A stretch of 64,000 nucleotides of DNA from NCBI RefSeq assembly GCF_009914755.1, contig NC_060929.1; one strand, given 5' to 3'. The notes below the pieces were generated by a model. The model did not search any database. It was not told the DNA's origin and was given only the letters and a program-made list of their open reading frames with translations. This DNA is from the human T2T-CHM13v2.0 reference genome, Homo sapiens. How positions within the stretch are numbered: the first letter of the stretch is position 1; every line of letters starts with the position of its first letter. Made by a program: the position numbers and the translations under genes. Below, piece by piece: positions 54,244 through 64,000 of this stretch.

Positions 54244-57200
54244 CTGTTCATAGGATTTTGTTTATTTGGTAGGAGGTTTTGTATTATTTTGTGACAACTG
54301 CAAGTAAGCACTTTCCATCATGAGAAATTTAGATAGTGAGTGAGTACAAGTTCCTTAAAAAAAAAAACAAATAAAACAAACAAAAAAAACCACTTTCCCT
54401 TTTACCCTTTTGTCTATATTAGCTAACTAATCCTCCCAGTCATCCACTTAGCTTTGCTGGTGGAGGTCACATGGGAACCTTTGCACAATCTGAGGTTTGC
54501 ACATTCTCTCTAAATAAACAATTGCGTTTATCACTAGATATTCATAACTGGAGCTCTGGCTTCTTATTTTGTAAAGTTCACTTTCCAAACCATGTATAAT
54601 AAAACTAATTGCCATTATGTGTTATTCTAAAATATTTTAAGAACTTTTCCTGGGGAAGATGTATTTTAAATTACCATTTTCTTACCTAAGCACGGCTATC
54701 TCAAATATTGAAATAGGCTTATACAAACTTACCTTAAGAGTAACCTTCTTTTTAAGTTTTTAGTAACATTATAAAACAGAATGTGATTTCCTAATTTTAG
54801 AATGTCAGTTACAGACAAGTTAAAAACTCTGAATTAAAGAAAAATTAATAACCATTAATTTTTGCATACTAAAAATATGAGTATGTGCCACTTGTTATGC
54901 TGTGTTCCAGGAGAACAAAGACAAATAAAAGGTAGTAAGTCTCTGCCTTTACTGGTGGAAGAGGTAGTAGACATGGAAAGACACAATGGTGGGAGAGGCT
55001 CCCAAGGTGCTTTATAAGGAATAACAAAAAGATTAGGTTTGTGTTGCAGGAAAGTAAGCCTTCCAAAATAAAATACAAGATGAAAACAAGAAAATTTATA
55101 CAGCCCCGACTGTTTAAGGGTCACAAGCTAAGCAGAGGGTATTAAAACAAGATTTCCATCTTTCAGGAGCCCATAATTCCATTTCATGTCATACAAACCA
55201 TTTCTTTTATATTATTATAATAGGAAAGATAGTAATTCAACTCACCAATGAGGTCCATGAACCATTTTATTCAGTAGAGCTGAATAACATAAATAACATA
55301 AATAAATGTACCCCAAAGATTATCCATCAGTCAACTCTACCAAACCAGTTATTTTTCCAAGGCTGAATAATTATGATCATGTTAAAATGAGCTCTTGTCC
55401 CTTGTTTTGTCTGATCCAGTTTTCTAGCTTCAAGCCAGGCATTTTTAGAGCTCTATAATTTATTAATATCAAGTATCATAATATCACTAGGACCTCATAA
55501 GGATGGTCAAATGAGAGAGCAGGACAAATAATCTTATTTATCATTTAGAATGAAAAATAATTAGCTTTATTGCGGTCTGGGACTTATTTCAAGTTGGTAG
55601 AATCCATCCAGGAAAGACCATATTTGAGGTCTGCCAATTCTTGGTCCACAAACAAGAAACTTTGAATCAGTCTTTCACCTCTGAAATGGGTCTTAGAAAA
55701 ATCAGATTTGAAAGATAGCACGCAAAATTGAAAACAAATATGTTAGGATGAGATTATAGGTGTTGTTTAAACACTTAAAAAATATTACTGCAGCATAATT
55801 TTTAGTTAGAAATTTAATTATTGAATTCAATTCCCTCAATTCTTCAGTGAAATAAATTGGGTTCCAGAGAGACTGAGTACTGCCAAAAGTTACAGTAAAA
55901 ACAATTGAAGAGTAAGAGCTACAATCCAGGATGCTTGACTTCTAGCCCAGTTCTCTTCTTGAGACACTGGAAGTGTCTCAAGAGCAACAAATTAAAAACT
56001 TTTGGAGGTAACAATACTTTTTTCCCCTTCTGGAGAGATTAATATAAATAAGACATTGTAGGGAAAATAGATATAATTAAAGTTACTGATATAAAGATTT
56101 ATACTGATATAAAGTTACTGATATAAAGTTTTCTATTTTAAACAGCCAATACATAAGTATAAAATTAGTATTTAAAGCAAAAGAGCTAAAAGCCCTGGTA
56201 TTTTTCTCAATACTTTGCTCATTTGGAAAAAAATGAAAATAAATATATAACTACAGCAGTTTCTGAACTACCATTATTAAGTGAAATACAGTCAATAACA
56301 ATATAAGTAAGTGCCTTAAGAAATGTCTTGAAATGTCTGTAATAATGTTAAAATAGCTGCCATACTTTACATTTGACTCACCTAGCTTATCATTAATATA
56401 TGAGTGCCTACTATGTGCAAAGGACCTTTAAAAGGACAAAGGAGTATAAAGATAAATCCTTCCAGAGTTCAACAAAAAAGATACATGTTTAAATTAACAT
56501 GGATTCAAGTTTACATGGTTTCAAGTTTGAGATAACATTTAAGCTGGACTTTAAAGATAGGCAGCACTAAAGGAAGCAGGGATGAAAGGAAGTGACATTT
56601 TAAACAGAGAAGTTAGTATGAGTTAAGGTAGCAAACGAGAAAGTTCCTAGCATATGTAGGGAACAAAGGTTACTTTCAAGGTGGAATATAGGGTGCCCTG
56701 AGGGGAAAAGTGGGAAGTAAATTTGTAAGGCCAGTGCAAATTGGGATTGTAGACGTTAATTCATAGGGAATGGGAATCCAAAATGAATCAAAATAAAAAT
56801 ATAATGATTGGTCTAGAAATACTAAGCCATAAACAAAATCTGGGTGAAAACATCTAATAGTCAACTACAGGCTTAAATTACTAAGGAAAAAAAAAAGTTC
56901 CCAACTATTGCAGTTGTTTCACATACAACAGTAATTCTATGAAAGATTTTATAGTATACTGAATTATGGAGGCACACTGATATTTTTTAAAATGGCCCAA
57001 AGTGGTTTGCCTCATAACTTAAAAAAAAATTTTTTTAACCATGGATTTAAGAGTCAATAAGGGTTTTTCACAGGTTTCTAATGTACAGATAAATATATGT
57101 ATATTTTTCTAAAGTAGAACATTAGATCTTTCTCTAAGAGTATGATGATGACCTAGGCTGGACAGAAGGAAAAAAAAAAACTATGTAGAAGAGAAAAGTA

Positions 57201-57339
57201 TAATAATTTTAAGAGGTGATAAAAGAGCAGGAAAGGGACTAGTGCCTTTCAAATCCTCTAGGTTGGTTCCCAAGCTGTGAGTTTTTGTTTAGCTGGTAAA
57301 GGTGACAGTTGAGGGGAAGTGACAGTGGATAATAGCACA

Positions 57340-57600
57340 TAATTTGCAGTGAAGGAGATGATTACAAACATTCATAATATAGGATGGTGGTAGTAGAAAG
57401 AGAGGGTATGGAGTTATGCAGGCCTGAATTTCAATGCTAGTCATGTGATCTTGAAAACATTTCTTAACTTCCCCATAGTTGATTTTCTTCTATAAAATTA
57501 GGATAACAAATATTTACCTTACAGGGGAGAATTAGAGCATAGGAAAGAACTTGATAAACATTCAATACGTGATAGCTCTTCAATAAAAACCTTTTGTTAA
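57340..57600 (+). mobile_element. MIR SINE
   Basis: ggcctgaatttcaatgctagtcatgtgatcttgaaaacatttcttaacttccc...ttcttctataaaattaggataac. Confidence 0.6.
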
Positions 57601-58143
57601 GATCCCACTGTGTGCTTACCACTGTGATTCTGTGGCTTTTAATCTTTGGCAGACTATGGGAAAGATAAATTGTACTTAGAAAGATGATCAAGGAGCACTT
57701 CAAAGCCCCAGTTCAAAATTATCTCCTCATTCTCTCTCTCTTTCTCTCTCACAAATACACACACAAGCACACTTTCACCCTACCAATTAGGAATTTTAAG
57801 TTAACAAGATACTTTTTTTAAAATACAGTGTCCTTTGGATAGGCAAATCACCTTCACACTTGAGTGTGATTAGTTCTTTGCTTAGTGAAAAGTTGCTGGG
57901 TTCTCCTGGAATTGGAAGAAGGCAATGTGAATTAGGAACTTCTTGAGGGTACTCAGTATGATAGGAAGGTGGGAAGAAGGAGGAAGTAAGGGGAGACATA
58001 GAGAGCGAGAAACAAAGAGAAAAGAGGCCACAAATATTAATAAGTAGTGGTTCTTATTTGGACTTTCCCCTTGGAGGGGACCTTTCCGTCCCCTGATAAT
58101 CTCTTAGGAAGATAATTGACACTTAAGTTTAAATTGTGAAGCC

Positions 58144-58713
58144 TGTCAGTTGAGAAAAATGTTGAGACAAGTCTCAATCATTTTAGGACGTTTATTTGCC
58201 AAAATTAAGGACGTGCGCGGGGAAGACAGGTCTATGCCTTTCTGGGAAGATGATTTTGAGGGCTCCAAATTTAAAGGGGAAAGGGTGGGATACTGAGAAA
58301 TACAGTTTTCATGTGAGAGGGTAGCAGGGGGAAAATAGTCATTCATGCCTCTGTCTGGCTTAGTCAATCTGAATCTGCATTTTTACGTAAGATAACATAG
58401 ACAAATGGGGCAGGGGAACAATCAGATATGCATTTGTGTCAGGAGGGCAGAGGGGTGACTGTACCTGAAAACAGAAGCTATCTATTTACATTGCCATGGT
58501 AAATTTTAATAGAAACACTTTATGGTAAAGATCTTGGCGCTCACTGAGAATTTCCTTGTGGGCAAAATATGAGCGAGGTGTGTAGCTTTTCATCTGGTAG
58601 CCATCTCATTTAAAAACCAAGAGGCAAGGCAGTTTTGCGTGACCCAGTTCCCAGCTTAACTTTTCCCTTTGGCTTAATGAGTTTGGGGATCCGAGATTTA
58701 TTTTCCTTCCACA
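58144..58713 (-). mobile_element. MER4-family (MER4A-like) ERV1 solo LTR
   Basis: TG...CA ends; gtctcaatcattttaggacgtttatttgccaa...gatgattttgagggctccaaatttaaagggg...cccagcttaacttttccctttggcttaatga; near-TSD AGCC/CGCC. Confidence 0.8.
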
Positions 58714-59279
58714 CGCCTATGCCAAACTCAGATTCCTTCCTTTCATCCCTGTTTCATCTGTTCAGGCTGGTTAGTTCCCCTTTTCAATCCACACAGAGAA
58801 AGACAGAAAAGACAGTGAGAAGCTATGTGTGCAGGACTTCTCTGCCCTCCACTCCATCTAAGCTCTCAAGAAACTTTTAGATTCTTTTGTTTTTTCTATT
58901 CATCGGTCTCTTAAAGAGGCAATCCCACTTCTCCATTTCCACTTCCTAATAAAGAATGCTAAGTAACTTAAGGATTTTCTTTAAATTATGTAGCTATTCA
59001 ATCAGGGTCAGTCCTAGTTAATAGTTTTTCCCCACTTCCCATAGCCTCGGCTTTTAGCTTAGCTTTGGCAGTGAAGATCTGGCCCTAAGCTCTTGCGACC
59101 CAACCCCCAACCTAAACATTTCACAGGCTACTGGGCTGCGGAAAGCTGAGGCTGCCAACTTTGGAGCCTAGGATTCCCAGGACATCAGGTCAAGCAACTG
59201 AGAGGTCCACCCAGGGGTAAATTCCACACATAGTTTCTTCTCTCTTGGGACCAGCGCTTTAACATCTGGGTGAATCAGA

Positions 59280-60100
59280 TCGTGCAGACACGGTAACTAG
59301 GCGCAGAAAACAGCTGGACACGTTGCTGGGAGCCCAGACAGAACGTGACCAGTAGTTCTCAGAAACCGCTTCTAAATACCAGCTCCAACAGGCTTGTAGC
59401 GTCCGAGTGCGGATAAGGCAAGAGCAAAAACGAGCATAGTTTGGGCCGTTGGGGCCAAATCTGCACTTCTGAGAGCTACTTTTACTGCTAAGCTTTGAAA
59501 TTGGATTTACCCAGAGGGAAGCGTTGCAGTGGCAGCCGCAGGCAGGTAAAACTAGTATTTGCACTCACACACTCCCCGGATTCTTCACAGACAGGGATGG
59601 AAGAGAAAACTTAGGAAGTTGAAGTTTGGCATTAAAATAAAGGACTCGCCACCACTCTGTGCACCTTCTTGAGGGAGTTCATTCGTCCGGAGCGCCTCAC
59701 AGCTTAGTGCGCCTGCGCACGCGCGAACTGCGGCCCCGCCTCTCCTTTGGGGACGGGAGACGTGCGTCGGGTCGCGGGACGGGGGCTGCGCATGCGCCTT
59801 CATTTCGTCAGCCCGCTGTTGCGTGCTGCCAGCGGGAACTGTGTAGGGGTAGATTTTCGCTGCAGTGTTCCCCGAGCCTGTTAGACGCAGCGCGCCGGGA
59901 GACTGAGAGAGGAAAGGATAGAGGAAGTGCTGCCCTAGGCTGCATGAGTCGAAGCAAGCGTGTTTCCTTCCCGCCAGGCAAGTGCCCTTAGAAACCGGGC
60001 CCCGCCCCCTTCCTGGCCTGCATTCCCATCCCCTCTCCCGGGGCGGAGGTGAGGACCTCCTTGGTTCCTTTGGTTCTGTCAGTGAGCCCCTTCCTTGGCC
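59280..60100 (+). promoter_or_regulatory. CpG-rich internal promoter region of PELO with NRF1 motifs
   Basis: TGCGCCTGCGCA 59708-59719, TGCGCACGCGCG 59714-59725, TGCGCATGCGC 59787-59797; GC boxes CCCCGCC. Confidence 0.8.
59591..60100 (+). other. PELO: PELO exon 2, 5'UTR portion (510 nt)
   Basis: Acceptor ttcttcacag| at 59590 with branch-like CTCAC at 59564-59568; agrees with my recollection of a three-exon PELO mRNA. Confidence 0.7.
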
Positions 60101-60826
60101 ATGAAGCTCGTGAGGAAGAACATCGAGAAGGACAATGCGGGCCAGGTGACCCTGGTCCCCGAGGAGCCTGAGGACATGTGGCACACTTACAACCTCGTGC
60201 AGGTGGGCGACAGCCTGCGCGCCTCCACCATCCGCAAGGTACAGACAGAGTCCTCCACGGGCAGCGTGGGCAGCAACCGGGTCCGCACTACCCTCACTCT
60301 CTGCGTGGAGGCCATCGACTTCGACTCTCAAGCCTGCCAGCTGCGGGTTAAGGGGACCAACATCCAAGAGAATGAGTATGTCAAGATGGGGGCTTACCAC
60401 ACCATCGAGCTGGAGCCCAACCGCCAGTTCACCCTGGCCAAGAAGCAGTGGGATAGTGTGGTACTGGAGCGCATCGAGCAGGCCTGTGACCCAGCCTGGA
60501 GCGCTGATGTGGCGGCTGTGGTCATGCAGGAAGGCCTCGCCCATATCTGCTTAGTCACTCCCAGCATGACCCTCACTCGGGCCAAGGTGGAGGTGAACAT
60601 CCCTAGGAAAAGGAAAGGCAATTGCTCTCAGCATGACCGGGCCTTGGAGCGGTTCTATGAACAGGTGGTCCAGGCTATCCAGCGCCACATACACTTTGAT
60701 GTTGTAAAGTGCATCCTGGTGGCCAGCCCAGGATTTGTGAGGGAGCAGTTCTGCGACTACATGTTTCAACAAGCAGTGAAGACCGACAACAAACTGCTCC
60801 TGGAAAACCGGTCCAAATTTCTTCAG
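60101..60826 (+). CDS. PELO: Protein pelota homolog (Dom34/eRF1 family ribosome rescue factor), first coding exon, aa 1-242
   Basis: MKLVRKNIEKDNAGQVTLVPEEPEDMWHTYNL...PRKRK...ASPGF...SKFLQ; gccATG; donor CAG|GTAAAA, phase 0. Confidence 0.98.
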
Positions 60827-61114
60827 GTAAAACAATCTTACCCAGGGATAATTAAGAATGGGCAGAGGGATTGGTATAAACTACTCCTAAAGTTTTAGAA
60901 CTGGGAAAAATAAGAAGAGAAAGTCTTTACTTAGCTGGGATTTTCATGAGATAATGAAATAAAAAGAGAATGTTAAATGTCTAGCAAATTTATGGAGTAA
61001 ACTTCGCTGAAACATATGAAGCCTTACTAGCGCTTTTGGCTTTAAGCCTTTGTGGGCTGATTAATGGGTGTTCTAGGAGATTATTTTGCCTAACTTTTGT
61101 AATTGTGATTCTAG

Positions 61115-61546
61115 GTACATGCCTCCTCCGGACACAAGTACTCCCTGAAAGAGGCCCTTTGTGACCCTACTGTGGCTAGCCGCCTTTCAGACACTAAAGC
61201 TGCTGGGGAAGTCAAAGCCTTGGATGACTTCTATAAAATGTTACAGCATGAACCGGATCGAGCTTTCTATGGACTCAAGCAGGTGGAGAAGGCCAATGAA
61301 GCCATGGCAATTGACACATTGCTCATCAGCGATGAGCTCTTCAGGCATCAGGATGTAGCCACACGGAGCCGGTATGTGAGGCTGGTGGACAGTGTGAAAG
61401 AGAATGCAGGCACCGTTAGGATATTCTCTAGTCTTCACGTTTCTGGGGAACAGCTCAGCCAGTTGACTGGGGTAGCTGCCATTCTCCGCTTCCCTGTTCC
61501 CGAACTTTCTGACCAAGAGGGTGATTCCAGTTCTGAAGAGGATTAA
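61115..61546 (+). CDS. PELO: Pelota last coding exon, aa 243-385
   Basis: Acceptor ttctag|GTA CAT GCC; [13 protein letters not shown]...RAFYG...[18 protein letters not shown]...SSSEED*; 726+432 nt = 385 aa plus stop. Confidence 0.98.
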   Translation, partial: VHASSGHKYSLKEALCDPTVASRLSDTKAAGEVKALDDFYKMLQHEPDRAFYGLKQVEKANEAMAIDTLLISDELFRHQDVATRSRYVRLVDSVKENAGTVRIFSSLHVSGEQLSQLTGVAAILRFPVPELSDQEGDSSSEED

Positions 61547-61718
61547 TGATTGAAACTTAAAATTGAGACAATCTTGTGTTTCCTAAACTGTTACAGTACA
61601 TTTCTCAGCATCCTTGTGACAGAAAGCTGCAAGAATGGCACTTTTTGATTCATACAGGGATTTCTTATGTCTTTGGCTACACTAGATATTTTGTGATTGG
61701 CAAGACATGTATTTAAAC

Positions 61719-61724
61719 AATAAA
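61719..61724 (+). terminator. Candidate PELO polyadenylation signal
   Basis: AATAAA 173 nt after the stop, with upstream TGTA and downstream TG/T-rich sequence. Confidence 0.7.
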
Positions 61725-63231
61725 CTAAAAGGAAATAATCTCCACGTACTACCATCTTGATTAAATTGTGTAATTTTTTATAGGAATTATGAGTTATCTG
61801 TAGTACTTGGAAACAGAAAATGTGTGTATTTAAAGACGATGCCTATGCAGTATATTGTTTGGGATAGATTGCAAAATTTCACACTGCATGCTTTGAAACA
61901 GTTTTCCTTAGAAAAAGCTTTTGCTATCTTATCCTGTTTACATTATTTCTTTATTTTAATTCTGCTTGGTGTTCTTGCATTGCATTTAATGATCCCTTTT
62001 CTCCCCACCTCCACACACTACATTTTTTTTAGATTTAAATAGTTTTACTATTTTAAATGATTGCCGTACAATTAGTAGACTTGAAGACAAGTTTTAAATA
62101 TTTTTCTTCAAAGGCTTGTTAAACCAATCATGTTAAAAGGAAATTCTTGGTTTTGGTTTGTTGTTGTTAGCATTAGTCATATTTGATTTAGAGGGTAACT
62201 TAAATCAGTTATTTTTAGCTTTTTAGAACTTTGATCTGCTAGGGATTGTCAAAATAATCTCCTTGAGGCATCTTTATTTTTAAAATGAGATTAAAGTATG
62301 TGATTTGCTTGTTATGTGGCTAATTAGTGGCAAAGCTGGAAGTCATTCCCAGTCTGGACTTTAGTTCTTTGCGCCAAAACATGCTATATTATTTATTTAT
62401 TTTTTTGCTTGTCAAAGTTATACTTAATTCTGTTTTATATTTGTATGTGGCATTAATTTGGGTTTGCACATTTTTATTGGACTATTTTAGTTGTGAAGAA
62501 GCCTGTTCTAAAGTTTAAGTCACATGACTAGTATGTGGCAGTTGACTTAAACTCCAATACTCTTTACTATCATTGACTTAAACTCTGATACTCTTTACTA
62601 TAATTATGGAATTGTGCAAATACCTCCGAGTTTAAAATATTATTTTTATTATTTTTGGTGCACATTCCTAAAAGTTAAGGAAGGAGCCTCAGTAATGGAA
62701 TTGCTTCTTGACCTTTTGCAAACCTCAATTTAGCAAAATAATTAGGAACGATCTAATAGTGATGATACAGTTTTTAACTGCTGGATCAGCAACGCCTATT
62801 TCAAGTAGTGATACTAACTAAACTTTCGCCGGTCTTTCCTGTGTCTGTGGGCCTTCCTCCTGGTGTGACAGACTTGGGGATTTCTTGTAAACTTCCTAAC
62901 TAGTCTGAACCTTTTTATTTCTTATTGGGAACTGACACTTCCCTATACTTTAAAACTCACATATTTATATTTTTGTACATCTATCTCCTAATTCAAAAGT
63001 AATTGAGATTGTCATTTCATTATAATTCCGTGAGTATCTTTAAATTACTATCAAATATGTTACTAAATAATTTAATAAGAATATAGAAATGAAGCCACTG
63101 AGATCCTTAAAGTTGAAACCTGATTGTTATTATATTTTCAGTAAGGATTTGGAGATTTTTGGACATTTTTACTCTCATAATCTATGCAGTACTGAAATGA
63201 GGTCTAATAAATATAACCAATACATGTTAGG

Positions 63232-63560
63232 CCATAGGTTCTTAAATTTAGCTACCTGTTCACCTCAACTTGAGAGCTCTTAAAACCCTCAGTGTCCAGG
63301 TTGCAGCCCAGACTAGTTAAATAACGTTTTATCCCTAGAAATGTTTTTTTTAAAGCTACCCAGATGATTCCAATAGGCGTCAAGGCTAATAGCCACTGAT
63401 TCAGGCCTTGCTATTCAAAAGTATGGTCCGTAAACCAGCAGCATCCCTGAGAGCTTGTTGGAAACTAGAATTCAGGGATCTTTTGTAGACCTACTGAGAC
63501 AGGCGCTACCTGTACCAACATCTCTAGATGATTCCTGTGCATAATAAAATCTGATAAACA
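63232..63560. mobile_element. Tandem MER5-family (hAT-Charlie) elements
   Basis: cccagatgattccaat...agccactg; ttcaaaagtatggtccgtaaaccagcagcatc...ctagatgattcctgtgcata. Confidence 0.7.
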
Positions 63561-64000
63561 AAGGCAATAGGTTATTCTTCCTGTGCTGGTAAATCTCTGG
63601 CAGGGGTCCCCAGTCAGGAAAAAGATTTGAGTATTAAGGTCTTTCAAAAAAGTTAACTGGCCATACTCAACTGTCTATAAAACCGCTATAAATTTCTGTT
63701 TTTATGTCTATGAATTATTAAATAAAATTTAACTCATTTTTAAGAAATTACATTTTCTGTTATCAAGAATACAATTCTTACTAGATCATAGGTGAAAATG
63801 TCAATAATGATAGGAGCAAATTAAAAATTCAGATAATTATTTTTGACTTTTCTAGAAGACATAATTATCTCTGGAAAGCATATACAGTAGTCTAATTCCA
63901 ACTGCTACTCATTAAGTATTGGATATGTGATAAAAACTCTATCGATAACTCCAATGTACCTTCTCTAATGTACTGTAAATTTCCATTTCCTATCATGTGC

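Noticed and set aside
59541-59590. Donor-like GCAG|GTAAAA just upstream of the PELO exon-2 acceptor
   Set aside because: Would define a 45-nt intron, below the usual human minimum
59585-60544. 319-aa minus-strand ORF overlapping PELO
   Set aside because: Antisense shadow of GC-rich PELO codons and the CpG island; no recognisable domain
60095-60898. 267-aa ORF taken as the full PELO protein
   Set aside because: Starts at a TTG and runs into the intron; the real CDS starts at ATG 60101 and splices 60826>61115

Overview
Primate (very likely human, chr5q11.2) genomic DNA, not microbial. About 1-47 kb is repeat-dense intergenic sequence (MIR, L2, old L1, Alu, MaLR/ERVL solo LTRs, hAT/Tc DNA transposon relics). 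A CpG-island promoter at ~47.3-48.3 kb carries ITGA1 coding exon 1 (signal peptide MAPRPRARPGVAVACCWLLT). The complete two-coding-exon PELO gene (pelota, 385 aa) lies on the same strand inside ITGA1 intron 1, with its own CpG/NRF1-rich region. Nearly all other ORFs in the track are repeat-derived or chance ORFs. I found no convincing wholly new biological system. The most interesting signals are (1) the ITGA1/PELO architecture, where the ITGA1 start becomes a uORF on spliced PELO mRNA and an intronic stop plus AATAAA could give a truncated PELO, (2) a probable SET 3'UTR retrocopy cut off by a 20-bp Alu stub, (3) a Y3 RNA pseudogene, (4) nested LTRs with intact TSDs and (5) several short, non-tandem local duplications. 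Repeat subfamily names are from recalled consensus sequences and need RepeatMasker/Dfam confirmation.
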